Shown piece after piece: positions 10,521-24,964 of a DNA stretch of 64,000 nt. The stretch is from Camelus dromedarius (taxonomy: Eukaryota). Each line of letters opens with the position of its first letter. Position 1 is the stretch's first letter. The notes below the pieces were generated by a model that saw only the letters and a list, made by a program, of their open reading frames with translations, did not search any database and was not told where the DNA came from. The stretch spans positions 121,460,001 through 121,524,000 of the forward strand of contig NC_087436.1 of NCBI RefSeq assembly GCF_036321535.1. The letters run 5' to 3'. The position numbers were made by a program, and so were the translations under genes.

Positions 10521-11966
10521 GAGCATGAGTCGTTGAGACCCTATGTGGCCACAACAGATCAGGCTGCTAGGGCTGTGGCAGGACGAAAGTCATCTGCCTG
10601 GAGATTACTATAATCCTGACAGGAGATGTTGTAACAAGCCTAAGTGAAAGGGACTGTCAAGAAGGCAGATTTTTTAAGTTAAGAGAAAAGTTTGGCATAG
10701 TCCTAGAGTCATCAAACATCACACAGCTAGGAAAGCAATTTGATCTTTTGTCTCCAAAGCCTTAAAACAGACGTAGTCCCCGAACAGCAAATATACTCCC
10801 GGTAATTTACCCTCAGAAAACAATCATCTATGTGTCAGGATGGTCATTCATACAGCAGCATACATGCTGGACAGGAGACTGGCTAAATGAACCATGGTAT
10901 ATCCACATGCAGTTTTTCAAATCCTGTTTTAGAAGAGCATTCATGGCACAGAAAAAGTGTGCAACGCATTAGTAGGTTACACTGCTCTGTAGCATGATTC
11001 CCCCCTCTTTTGAGAGAAAAATGACACATAGAAAGAGATCTGATCATCAAGTCTATAGCAGTGACTCTTGGGCAGGGCAGTTACAGGAATTTTATATCTT
11101 AATCTGTGTGCTTCTCTGTGGTTTTCAAATCTTCAGCAACGAACTTGTACTATTCAGGGGGAAAAAAATGTAACAAGTTTGGGCGGAGAAATGAAACATC
11201 AAAGTCTAGCAGCAAGCTTGGGACTGATTCTGCCCAGGAAAAGAGGGAGGCACTTAAAGCGGTCCCCACCCCCACCCCCACAAATGCGGTGCTCTCCCGC
11301 TGGGGGGCTGGCACCCGCCCTGAACCCCAAGCCGGGTGGGAGTTCGCGGGGGCTGCGGCCCTGGGCCGGGAAAAGGAAACATGAGCACAAGGAGCAAGAT
11401 GAATGGGCTGGCAGCTCCTGAGGGCACTCTGGTGGGCCCCTCGCTGGTCCCCAGAGGGCTCCTCCCACGTACTTTAATTCTGCACAAATACACACACACA
11501 GTGCAAAAGACACAGACGCAGTAACTTGTTTTGAACAGTCAGCTTCTGTTTAGGTTGACTCCATACGTACTGTTCTTACTACTCTTCACTCATTCCTGCG
11601 TCTCTGCTCTTCCTTCCATCAAGGGTCATTTTCTTCCACCCAGAAAACACTCTTTCGAATTTCTCTTAGAGTGGATCTTCCATTACTGAAATCTCTGTTT
11701 CAGTTTACCTGAAAATGTCTTTATTTCACCTTCATTCTTAATGGACTTTCGGTTGGGTGTAGAATCCACGTTGGCAGGTTATTTTCAGTCAGCAGATTAA
11801 AGCTTTGGACATCACAGTCTTGTGCTTTCCATACTTGCTGTGGAGAAGTCAGTTGTTGACTTAACGGTTGCCCCTTTGAAGGTAAGTATCTTTTTCTCTC
11901 TGGCTGTTGTTAAGATTCTTCCCTCTGCCTTTGGCTCTCTGTAGTTTCCCGTGCTGTGTCTGGGTG

Positions 11967-12413
11967 TGTAAGGACAGACAAGCGCTTGTCACAGGACGCC
12001 CCTGGGGCCTGTTGAGCCATCTGGCCGTCAGCTGCTCAGCGGGAAAGGATGGCCAAGGCCAGTTCAGGAAGCTCAGGATGCAAGTTCCGCTGGTGCAAGA
12101 TGTCTGGGAACAGAATGCTCTTTTCTCCAGCAAGGCCATTCCACACAGCCTGAAACCTGCCATGGCTGCACAGTTGGCCAAGAGCTCCCTGTTCCCTTCC
12201 CATTTCCCTATAAATCCGCAGACTGACTGGGGGCAAGGTCGCTCTCCCGGGGCACTACCTGCGGTGCGGCCGTCTGGGCCTGTAGCTCCCACAGCTCCCA
12301 CGGGGTGCTGCTTCTGATGAACTTCTGCCTCTGAGTTCCCCCACTGGCTCCAGTTTATACCTGCGCCACGTGCTGTTTATGGTGTTTGTCAACTATCCTG
12401 GCTTGGTTTAACA
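11967..12413 (+). mobile_element. Probable solo LTR interrupting an old L1ME fragment
   Basis: TGTAAG...TTAACA termini and TATAAA at 12209-12214. L1ME-like sequence resumes on either side. Confidence 0.45.
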
Positions 12414-13379
12414 GTAGGGTTTCTTTTAATCTGCTTGGCATTAGTTGGGTTCTGAATGTGTGGATTGATGGCTTTCATGTTTTGGAAACTTCTTAGTCGT
12501 TGTCTCAAAATACTGCTTCCGTCCCGTTTCCTTCCCTCTCCCTGGTGCTCTCACCGTGTTCTGTTTTCTTTCTTTCTTCCTCTCATTGCTTCGTTCTGGG
12601 TAGTTTCATCTGACTTACCGTATTACTTCTCTTTCTAGCTGCTTCTGTTCTGTTGTTAGACTCTGACTGTTGACCATCCAGTTCTGGACTTCTGTAGTTT
12701 CCAGTACTGGAATTTATATCTAACGCTTTCTAAAGTCTGCTATGTCACTTGTCATAGTTCGTTTTCCTGCCGAAGTGTTCCAGCCCGCACGTCCTCCCCT
12801 TGAGCCCAGCAAGCATAGCTGTTTGCTCCCAATCTCGCGTATCTTCATTACCTCCGAGGGGAGGGAGTGCTCTGCGTGCTTGCGGTTTCCACTGGTTCTC
12901 AATTCACGAGCCTCATCTCGAGTGCTTGTTTATCTTTAATTACATGCCGGGCATTGCATTTGAAAATTATTATAGAAGTAATTTAAAGCTTAAGGTATTT
13001 TCTTCCTCCAGGCAAGACTTTTGTTTGCAATGCTTGGGCCACCCATTTTAGAGAGCTGGTTTATTTCTAAGCCAGCCTTATTCTTGGGTGGGCTGAACCC
13101 CAAAGTGCAGTGTGAACTGGCTGGGACCCTAATCCTGGCATGTCCCGGGCGTGATTTTTCCCCCCAGCCCCAAGCTTAGCTCAGCCTCTCAGCTGTCTCA
13201 GGGCCCCCCGAGCCCCCCAAAGCAGGAGCAGCCCCAGTGTTTGGCTCATTTCTCCAGGTTCCCACCCTCTGCTGGCTTTCAGCCCTGAAACTTGCTGACT
13301 CTCTTGATGTTCCTATTTGTCTAGCCTTGTTATTTATTTTCATCAAGGGGGTAGATCTACGTTCTCTGGCCCATCCCTG

Positions 13380-15450
13380 CTGTGCAGGGAAGTTCCTCCC
13401 ATAAATACTAAGTACGATGCTCTTGAGAGCAGTCACCTTCTTTTATTCCTGATCTTAACATGAATGCCTCCAGGGTAAACCCTCATCAGGCAAAGATGCT
13501 GCCTTCCTGGCTGATAAATGTATTTTATCCATGCTGTAGAAGTATAGATTGATTTACAGTTTGCCCTTGGACAACGCGGTTTGAACTGCACAGGTCCACT
13601 TACATGTGGATTTTTTTCCAATACCGCAGTACTACACAATACGTGGTTGGGTGAACCCACGGATGCGGAACCGTGGATACGGGGAGCCAACCTCCATATT
13701 TGCACACGGGCATGTGCCAATTTTCAACTGTGTGGACCTCAAACCCTGTGTTGTTCAAGGGTCAACTGTATTTTACTGTTTATATATAAAAAAAAGAGTT
13801 GAATTTGGTCAAATGCCTTTATGAAAATGATCTTTTATTTTTCCTTTGGACTTTTTAATGTGATTTATTATGTAACTGGGTTTCCTGATATTGAAACATT
13901 CATGCATTATTAAAATAAACCCATTATTTTGATGTAGTATTTTTTAATGTGTGGTTGGATTCTGTTTGATAGTATTTTATTAAAGGCTTTTGCATTAACG
14001 TTCATAGAAGAGACTGGTATACAGTTTTCACATAAGGTCTTGGTAAGATTTTGGTGTCAATTTATACCTGTTTTATAAAAAAGGGTTGGGAAGTTTTCTT
14101 CTTTTTCTATGCTCTGGAACACTTAAATCCCATGTGAAATTATCTCTCCCCCCGAAGTTGGCTCACATTCCCTGTCAAATCATCTGAGCCTGGTGCTGTT
14201 GTGAAGGGTAGCTCTTTGGCAACTTTCTCTCTTCTCTTGAAGTCAGTCTGTCTAGATTTTCTAGGCCACCTGTGGCTGACTTTGGTAAATTATGTTTTCC
14301 TAGAAGTGCACTTCATCCAGGTTTTATGTCTCTTTTCAGAAAGCCGTGCCAAGCACTGTGTGTCTTTAATGATTTCTCCGAGATCTTCGCCCCTTGTCAT
14401 CTTTTGGTGTATTTGTATTTTCCCCCTTTACCTCCTTAATTGGGTTAGATATTGATGATTGATTGATTGAATGACTGACTGACTGATTTTTAAGAACAAA
14501 TGTCTATTATTTGAGCTATGATTTTTCTCTTTCATAGCCACGAGTTTCTATTTTGTCCCAATACTTTCTTTCTTCTGCTTTTCTTAAATGCTTTTTTCAA
14601 TCTTTTTGAGTTAGAGGCTCAATGCCTTTATTTTCCGGCACTCATTGCGTTTTCTCCTTGGGCCCTACTTAGCTGATCCCATACACCAGAAATACAGGTC
14701 TTCTTCTTTTTGTTTTCTAGAAGCTCTGCAGTTTTCCATCATACGTCCTCCTTGGCCCAAGAGGACTTCAGTAGAGGCTGTTAAATTTCCCGGTGCCAAG
14801 GCCTCTTTGGTTTCTGCTTTTGTTACTGATTTTTAGGTCCACTGCGTTTGTAATCAAATACTCGACTGTATTTACATCTTTTCAGAATTTGTATTAGGGT
14901 TTTCTTTGTGACGTAATATACGATCCCTTTTCATGACTGTTCCACAGGTGCTGGAAAGAAGGCGCATTCTCTATCACCAGTGTAGAACGTACAGTCTATC
15001 AGTGTATCATCTACCCGTCTGTCCGTTCACATGCACACACGTTCCTAAGTTGCGCCTCACTGTGCCCTTTAGGGCTGATCTATCTGGGACTGAGAGCTGG
15101 ATTAACCCCTCAGCTCTGCTTTGGGAAAGTGATGGCTGCTAACTGGTGCAAAGTTATTTCTGACCACTTCATCTCGTTTAAGAACTGTATCTTCAACATT
15201 ACAAAGCGCCCTTTCTGCTTGGCCTGGACTCTTCCTTGCCTGACACTGATTGTGACTGCTGCTTTATTTTTGTTTGCATTTTCCTGATACACATTCTCAG
15301 TGGTAAATTTTAACCTTCCTCACTCTCTGTTTAAGAGTGTCTCTTGGAAACAGCTCAGAATTGGGTTTTGCCCTGTGCCCTGATCTGAAAACCTTTCCCT
15401 TCCGTTGGTGAGTTGAGACCACTCGCTCTGTTGTACAATGTGTACAGGCC
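13380..15450 (-). mobile_element. Ancient L1 ORF2 remnants
   Basis: T-rich antisense L1 motifs (ttgaatttggtcaaatgcct, ggattctgtttgatagtatttt, atctgagcctggtgct). Confidence 0.6.
13557..13768. mobile_element. Tigger-family MITE (MER8/Tigger2-like)
   Basis: TIRs CAGTTTGCCCTTGGACAAC / GTTGTTCAAGGGTCAACTG flanked by TA target duplications at 13555-13556 and 13769-13770. Confidence 0.85.
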
Positions 15451-17101
15451 TCCTTGTACTGAATTATTTCACATTATGACCACATATATGCAACCCCCCA
15501 GCTGCAGCCCACTTCCTTGCCATGATGCATTTTGACATCTCTCAAGGGAAAAGGGGAGACCTGTATCCAGTCAGTTGGAGTCGAGCTGGTCAGTAATCGG
15601 GCAGCTGTACCAAATGAACGGCCAGCGTTCGTGGGTAGGGGCTCCCTGAGGGTGTCCTGGAGTCCTGTCCTTACCCCTGTCTTCAACAGCTTTCAAGGCA
15701 ACATTCATAATGAGCGAGAAGACACAAGGATCCCATTTTTACGTGACAGATGCTTTTTGCATGATGGGCTCCCCATCCCGACGCCTCCTCAACCACACAG
15801 CTGTACCCACAACAGCACAGAGCCCCCCTCTCCCTGTGCCTGCTCTCCCAGAGGGTCGCGGGACCTCCACCGGCAGCTCCTGCACAAGGCCGGGGCCTGC
15901 CTTCCTCACACAGTAGGGGTGCAGCACGGATCTGGTGGTGACTTAGTTTGGAGCTCTGTCGTGCTGACTGCTGTCTGCTCTGTCCCCAGGTGTGGCCACC
16001 TTCTCTTGTACAACGTTATAACTTTCAAATCGAATTGTCCCATGATTTCAGGTTTTTTTTTAAAACAGCTCTCTTGAAGTATGACATACAAAAAACTGCG
16101 CACATTTAACGAATGTATACAATTTGATGAGTTTGGGCAGATGCAACACCTGTGGAACCATCGCCACAGCCAAGATAACAAACACACATTCATCTCTAAA
16201 AGCTGCTTTGGGTCTCTCTGGGTTTTGTTTATTTCTTTTGTTGTTGTCAAGATGGTTTCAGTTCCACTGCCAGTGTCCTCATTACTTTTTCAGAAGGAAA
16301 CAAGGTTTACATTATCAACCCATGCTAGACCTGTGAATGGGAAATAAAATATCAATATAATAAAAATGAAGCACTTTTCCTTTTGGTTAGCTTCTACCCT
16401 TAAGTTTTTACTTTAAATACAGGCTAGTATTTAAACTGGTTCAGTTAAATTCATACACCACCTATGGGCTCTTAAACTGTGTGCGGGTGCAGGGAGTAGT
16501 GTAAATAGCACACTCACAGCCCGGCGGATGAGGCTGTGCTAGAATGCATGCTGCTCCCACACCCAGATCGCAGCACAAACCTGCCCACCCCTTCTGCGTC
16601 CATGCGTCCCGCCTGCCTGAGCCACTGTTGGCTCCTGACTGGCTCCCTACTTCCTGCCACCTCAACTCCATTCTCCTTGCAGCACACTGGGTGCACTCCT
16701 GTATGTACAAAAAGCTAAAAAAAAATAGTCCAGTGACTGCCCAGTATACCTTCCTCTAGACTCGGCAGCTCCTAACACCTCATCACACTTGCTTCTCTGC
16801 ATGTAGACGCCGCCCCCGTCGTTTGGAAGCAGGCTGGAGACTCCACCACGCTCCACCCCTCGATACTGCAGCAGGTGTCTCCAGACCGAGAGCCACAGTG
16901 CCACTTACACCTAGCCGGCCAACGCCGCCTAAAATCCAGCCCCGAGTCAGACACCCGAGTGACCCAAATGCGTTCTCTAAGCTTTGCAAACAAGGATAGG
17001 TTGCGTCTCGTGGCCTGCACCTGGTGGCTGTGTCTTTTTAACGTGCAGCCCCCTGTGTGGTTGTCGTTGCTGCCAGTGGTTTTTAAATGGCCCTGACTTC
17101 C

Positions 17102-17187
17102 TTTTTTTTCAGTGGCGGTGCTGGGGATTGAGCCCAAGGCCTTATGGTGCCAGGCATGCGCTCTACCCCTGAAATGTACTCTCCCCC
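17102..17187 (-). mobile_element. tRNA-derived SINE (camelid Vic-1-like), short form
   Basis: The minus strand reads GGGAGAGTACATTTCAGGGGTAGAGCGCATGCCTGGCACCATAAGGCCTTGGGCTCAATCCCCAGCACCGCCA plus an A tail, with A-box/B-box-like motifs. Confidence 0.75.
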
Positions 17188-17324
17188 CGACCCTGACCTT
17201 CTGAGGAGCCCAGGCCAGTGCCTGTGGAGCACCCTCACTGTGGGCTTGATTGCCTCCTCAGGGTATAATTCAGCTTGTTCCTGTACCCCTTGTATTTTCT
17301 GTAACCTGGAAGGTAGGTGTGGGG

Positions 17325-17585
17325 CTGCGGGGCCACCGGCCACACGTGGCTGCTGAGCACCTGAGATGTAATGAGTCTGAACTGAGCTGTGCTGTGAATA
17401 CACACCAGATTTCAAACATGGAGTACAAAACAGAGAGGGTAAAATGTCTTATTATGCTTATGCTGATTACATGTAAAAATAACGTGGGGTTATATGGGGT
17501 TAAAGAAAGAATTATCAAAAGCAGTTTCTTTTTACTCTAAAACAAATTACACACATGATGTGTATGTGTTATTGGGCAGCTCTGG
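17325..17585. mobile_element. MER33/MER3-like hAT-Charlie remnant
   Basis: gccacacgtggctgctgagcacctgagatgt...tacacaccagatttcaaa. Confidence 0.65.
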
Positions 17586-18149
17586 CCCAGACTAGATTCT
17601 GTCAGACCCTTTAGGTAGAAAGCTTGTGCTGGCGTCAGGCTGCCCTCTGTCTATGGGGCCGCTGTTGTAGAAGCCCTTCCCACACACTCCAGAGTGAGGG
17701 TAAGGAGCCCCGCCAGCCCGGCCCTGACCTCAGGGTCCTGGAAACACCCTCCTTCCACAGGTGGACAGGAGGACCGGGAGACGCGCTGCAGTCAGGCAGA
17801 ATCTTGGTAAGAGGGCGGGGAGCTACCAACAGGAATGTCACTGGGCCAACACCTTCTAACCCAGGGCCAGTTAAAGGGACGCCGACCTGTTCCCCCCCCG
17901 GAGTAGCCCAGGGGGACACCAGGGGCAAGAAGCAGGACCTCCGGACTGATGCCCCCGCCCACCCCCACCTCTCTGCAGCCGCACGTGGAGCTCCAGCCCC
18001 AGCCCAGAGGTGTCCATCCAGGGGGTTTCTGAGCGTCACAGTGGTCCTCAAACAGCCTTTCTTCCGCCTAGCTTTAGTGACAAGACAATTCAGGTATGAA
18101 TGAAGAAAACTACAGACTCGTAGGCACATTTTAAGATGTGTCGCACGTG

Positions 18150-18155
18150 TTTATT
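18150..18155 (-). terminator. GRK4 polyadenylation signal AATAAA
   Basis: TTTATT on the + strand, followed on the minus strand by GT/T-rich sequence. Implies a short 3'UTR of about 90-100 nt. Confidence 0.75.
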
Positions 18156-18224
18156 GCAGCTCACAGATGGGATGAGACCTCGAGCATGTGTTCCCGGGTG
18201 AGGGTCCCGCTGCGCGGCGAGCGG

Positions 18225-18275
18225 TCACCGTTGGGCGGGCAGCTCCTCCTCGCTGGGGTCCGTGCTGATGCAGCC
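18225..18275 (-). CDS. GRK4: GRK4 exon 16, coding part to stop
   Basis: GCISTDPSEEELPAQR* after acceptor tgcag|. It resembles the human C-terminus (recalled GCLTMVPSEKEVEPKQC). AATAAA follows 70 nt after the stop. Confidence 0.85.
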   Translation of the reverse strand, partial: GCISTDPSEEELPAQR

Positions 18276-19190
18276 CTGCAACACAGGCCAGAGGCTGGTC
18301 AATCCCTTCCTAACACAGCCGGCTTAGCTTGCCTTAGGGGTCCACGAAGACGCCAGGGGAGCTGACTTCACCTCGTGCAGGACGCTGGGCTTGTGCACGG
18401 AGGAACAGGAGGGCGCGCCCTGCTCCCCACACACCCCCGCCCGGAGGGCCCCCCTGAGCGGAGTGCGCGAAGCAGCTCCTTCCTCCCCAGCATCTCCTGG
18501 TGGCTGCAGGGTCTCTGAGCGCCCCCGGTGTGGACGAGTGCGGATTCACCCTGAGGTGAGGGGTCACTCCCGCCCAAACCCCAGTCCTCATCGGAGACAT
18601 GGTCACACACGCTGAGAGGCTGTCACCACCCAGGGCCTGAGTTTATACTGAAAAACGGGGGATGAGAATGTCAGTGGACAGCCTCGGCGCAGACCCCTCA
18701 GGAGCAGACAGCCCCAGGCGGGATAGCCCGCCTGGCCGCAGACGCGGGGGTGTCTAAGTGTAACGCTGCTGTGGGAAGTCTCCCCAGACCGCTCCTCCAC
18801 GCTTCAAGGAGGACCGGCTTTCCCTGGGGACGTGGCTAGCGATGCAACAGGCTAAGTCGGGAGTGACAGGTGCTGTTTTATGATTGTTCTACAAGAAGCT
18901 GGCTCCGGGCCTAGTTCAAAAGGCTGTGTCACCGGCGGCGCAGCCCAAGCCGTTCCTTCTTTCTGGATCAGAGGGGTTTTCATGCCAACAGCCAGCATCA
19001 CCGTGAGGATGTTTCTCGCTGGACTTAAAAAGCGCCACTCGGCTCGCTTTTAGATGACGTTAAGTGTCTTGTATGACAAACACCAAAAAAAGAAAGCTGC
19101 ACAAAGGGAGTTTCACCCTGGTGAAGTATTTCTTTTCTTTTACACATCACATTAAAACCATCATGATAACAACACATTTTCCACCCTTAC

Positions 19191-19325
19191 CCCTCTTGCG
19201 AAAAGTCTGTACAAGAAGCTTCTCCTTGGTTTGGGAACTGGTTGTGCCTTCTCTGCTGGATCTAATGTCACGCTTTCCTCACGCTCACTCTCGTTGATGT
19301 CCTTGAAACATTCAGACTCGATCAT
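19191..19325 (-). CDS. GRK4: GRK4 exon 15 (135 nt)
   Basis: MIESECFKDINESEREESVTLDPAEKAQPVPKPRRSFLYRLFARG, including the amphipathic FLYRLF helix; cag| and |gtaagg. Confidence 0.94.
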
Positions 19326-19746
19326 CTGCATGGCAGGAGGGCAGACGGAGACATGGTGGAGGTCCCACAGCCAGCCAGCACCCTGGCACCCCGCTCGGAC
19401 CCAAACCCTCCTGCCTCCCTACTTCCGCTGCCTCCCAGCCTCTCTGGGTCACGTGGCCCCTGGCAGTCCCCAGAGCAGTCAACTCCCGTGGGAGCCACGG
19501 CGCCGGCCAGCCCTGCTCAGGGAGCCCTGCTCAGGGGGCACAGCGGACCCGAGAGGGCCACCTCTGTCCACCTCCTGTGAAGGGACCAGGGCAGCTGCCA
19601 CACGTAATTTTACCTCCAAGCATGCACGCACACACACGCGCACACACACACAGATTTGCGTGCAAAACAGCTAAAAAGATATTTTAAAGAGGAGGCTGTC
19701 CACTCTGCACACACAACGTTTTCTTCCGTTGCTGCTGGAACAGTTA

Positions 19747-19914
<168 letters not shown>

Positions 19915-21035
19915 TCAGCAAGAACAGAGGCTGCTGATGTGTTGGAAGCCACCCCCGCTTCCGCATCCACGCACGCCACACAGGAAGCTGACACACCAGC
20001 CCTACCACTGCCTGGCTTGGCCTGGCCTCTCGGGAGCAGCCTCGAATGCTGCCCGTGGGCCTGGCTGCTCCAGCTCACTCACCCTCTGCCCACAAGCCTC
20101 CTGAGGCACCCGCCCTTCCCTCTCCCACAGGGACAATGGATCTGAGTGGAGGCCGGGGAAGGGGACGGGCGGACGAGGTGCTCTTGCTGGAACTGACCCC
20201 CGCCCCAGCCCACAGCTCCCTCATGCACAGCGCCCGGCCCGGCCATCTGCACAGCTCCCCTGGGACGCACGCGCGCTGAGTGCTGGAGCCCGGGCCTGAC
20301 GGTGACTGGGATCACCCCCAGCCATGGGGCAGAAGAAGGCCGACAGCAGCTGTCGTTCAGTTAGTCCGTCCCCGCAAGCCGAGGGGCAGGCCAGCCCTGG
20401 AGACAGTCCAGGGAGATGGGAGGACTGGGCCCTGTCCTCCCCCCAACCAAACTGCCTAGCATGTCCCCCTCTGACACTCCAGCAATGGGCCCCCATGGGC
20501 TCCTCTGGTTAAGTCAGGGGAATCCCAGCACGGCCTGGCACCTCTGCCCCTCGGGGGGGAGATCCAGCATCGCACCTGCTGTCATCTCCCTCCTCAGAGC
20601 CGGCTGTGGGGGCCCACCTCCTAGGTCAGGACCCCCAGCAGCCCTAGGGCCTGGGGGCAGGAGGCCTCGGGAAGCCCCGATGGGGTCTTCCTTGTTCGCA
20701 GTTTGTTTTACTTGCATCTCAGCGAGCCCGAGCAGGTCCAGAATGGCACAGACCCCGCCCACTCATCCTCCTGTGGCTCTGATGCCCAGAGCCGGTGTGG
20801 CAGGTGGGAGGCGTTCAAACACATGAACTGCGTGAACGAGTTCCAAGGGCGAAGTGACTACTATAGCACATTCGATATAAAATAAACATAATCTCTCCTG
20901 AATTGCACAACTAAAACCATTTAACTGTGCGTCTTCCGTCCGTCCTGTCCTGCAGCACCACCCTGGCTTCACGTCCCTGTAAGGCGCCTACAGTAAAGCA
21001 AGGATGGAGCGCAGGCCGCCCTCCTCACTCGTTCA

Positions 21036-21668
<633 letters not shown>

Positions 21669-22070
21669 CTAAACAAAGACACTTGAGCTTCAAAGTATCA
21701 ACCAACCTCATTACTTCAGATTTTACTAACTGAGAGTGTGTGATGCTTCAAAAAGGAGTTGAAACTAGAAGTTTTGCCTCTGAGCTGTCAGCAAATAAAG
21801 AGTAGGCTAAGCACATCCTTCAGGAAAGTTTAACCATGTAAAAATTAGGATTTGTTTTTTAAAAGAAACAGAAGCTGCTAGAAACGTCAGAGATACCACT
21901 TCCATGCCAAGCTACGCTGTAATCAGAAGTGACTGTAATCTATTAATTAAACAGATCACTAAGGGCCTCAGATGAGGCGAAGACTTAGCAAACCTAGTTC
22001 TAAAAACTGTATATTCTTAAGATTAATACAAAATGTTTCTTTCAAAGTATTGCTTTCTTATGTATTAACA

Positions 22071-22328
22071 CAGGCAGACCTCAGAGACACTACAGGGCGG
22101 GCCCCAGACCACCGCAGCAACGTGAGGACTGCGGTAAGCGAGTCCCACGAATGTCCTGGTCTCCCAGTGCACTCTTATCCTGCAGTCTATTAAGTGTGCA
22201 ATAGCACTGTGCCTACAAAAGGCATGTATGTACATGATTAAAAATAGTGCTGCTGGGAAAATAGTGGCTCAACACCGGGTTGTTACATGCCTTCAACATG
22301 TAAAACACAGCAAAACGAAGTGTGCCTG
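22071..22328 (-). mobile_element. Internally deleted Tigger1 element
   Basis: Both TIRs present (CAGGCAGACCTC / GAAGTGTGCCTG), plus the Tigger1 motif gtctattaagtgtgcaatagca. Confidence 0.75.
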
Positions 22329-24346
22329 CAAGTGCCAACACTTCCAACAGGCCTTCTTCCAGGGCATCAGTCAGAAAGGTCCTTCTCTGCTCAAAGCCAC
22401 GCAGGAAGGATCCGGACCTACAAACGTGGCCTAGACCAGGGGCTGGGAGGCTGCAGCGGAGGCCACCTCTCACACGCTCAGCCCTGCGAGCGGGCCGCAG
22501 CCGGCTGGCAGCCCGGCAGGCGCTGCAGTGGCTTCTGCACCACAGGGGCCGAGAGAGCAGTGCTGGTGACCCGCAGGGCCTAACGGTCCGTTCCTGGGCC
22601 TCACGGGGAAGCTGGCTGAGCAGTGGCCCAGCCTTACCACCAGCTCCCACTGCTCTTCTGAGTATCAGTGGAAGCCCCAGGCAGCGGCCAGGGCACAGCC
22701 TGCTCCAGCGCGCCCGCACCCCTCACCGTCTGGGCTCCAGCAGCAGCACCCCGACTTCTCCCCCTCCTCAGACTTACTGTGCTGGGCCCACCCCGGGGCC
22801 TGCAGGCACCCCCATCCCGTCTAGAACACTCTGCCTGGCTGACTCCCGCTGGACTCTTGGGCTTACAGCCTCCTGCCTCAGGGTCCCTGCGACCTGGCCC
22901 TGAGGACCCCTCACCACTGCTGTGAGCACCCCACTTGGGTAACTGCTCAGGTCAGGATTTCCTGCTGGACTCGAAGCTTCTGGGGCAGTGGCTGCAGGGA
23001 CTCAGCTCACTGTGTGTCCCCAGCACCGAGCCAGGGCAGGGGCTCCACAGGCCTCGCTCGACGCAGCTGTTATTTGCTAATTAAACGCGGACCTGAAAAC
23101 GAAGTGTGAGGCCGAACACACTGACGACACCTCAGGGATCCCACGGCTCCCTCATCAAGGCGGCTGCCAACTCACACGCCTCCAAAAGCCTGACCAGACA
23201 GCGCAGAGAAACGCGCCCTGGAGCCCCGCTCAGAAAGCCTGGGCTCAAGTCCGCCTGCTGCCCGACTACGGGACCCCACGGGGGTCAGGCTCTTAGCCTT
23301 TCAACTGCGAGCCTGCGAGAACATCTCAGAAATCCACTGCGAGGTGAGATAGGACGTCACGAGCACAGAAAACCACAGGAGGTATCCACTGCAGGGCTCC
23401 CTCTGGCCTCCCATTCGGATTATTGTAAAAAGCCAACTTTTTCTCTTTCCTTCCCTCTTTCTTCCATGTATGGGAACCAAAGGAAAGGGAAACCAAAAGA
23501 ATTCTTTTCCACCACCAACTCCCGTAAGTTACCCACACACCCACTGATTCCAACACCCTGCAGGGCCCCAAGCCCCCCCTCCCCGGGCTCTCCAGTGGCC
23601 GGGTCCTCCATGCCCACGCCGCCACTCTCTGCCTGGGTCGCACCGTCGCTCTCCGCAACCCGCCAGTCCTGCACGGACTGCGTTTCAAGCGGCTCTCTGC
23701 CCATGTGCCCCAGTCCATCTGACTCAGGCGAGGAGGGGGTGGCCCCCGAGCTGAGGCGCACGTGCCACCCAGCGTCTGCCCATTTCCTCATTGCCCTCCG
23801 TAACCCACTTGGACACCACGGCCCAGCCGTCAAGCCCGCTGCCCCCGCTTCTTCAGACTTGCTTAACTGAATCCGACTCCCCGCCTGCTCCGAGCCCGTG
23901 GGATCTGTCCTGCCGAGCGTGGCGGGAGCACGACGCACAGTCGGGCCACCAGTGTCCCCTTAAATCCACACGAGCCCCTGACACTGTCCTGCCACATTTA
24001 TGTGCTCAGAAAATCCTAAGTATTGGCTTAAGAGAAGTGAGTGATAAGGACAGCTGCCCTCATCCCTTACAGTCGGGAGGGGACAGCCTTGGGGCAGGGA
24101 AGGGGTCCAGCCCTGGGGGCACACAAGAGGCAAGCCCGACTGCACCCCAGGGGCCCACCTCCCCGCTGTGACCTGCAGTCTTTAAGGCCCTCAGCACACC
24201 CAGAAAGCAGCAGGCACATGGCAGGCCATCGACTCAGGGCATCTGTTGGGACCACAGTCCCCAGCAGCTGGTTAAAGGGAGAAGAAACGTGGGCAGAGAG
24301 GAGAGCTCACCGCTGCAAAGCAGCCTGCGGCTCTGCCCCACGGTCA

Positions 24347-24889
<543 letters not shown>

Positions 24890-24964
24890 TTATATTAAAT
24901 TTCAGTTTTAAATTTTCTTGTAATTAATTCCAAATAACACATTATAAAAGTAACGTTTGTTACC

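Noticed and set aside
17102..17187. tRNA-like sequences (also at 46840-46923 and 56960-57033)
   Set aside because: Degenerate stems with SINE tails, so these are SINEs rather than functional tRNA genes.
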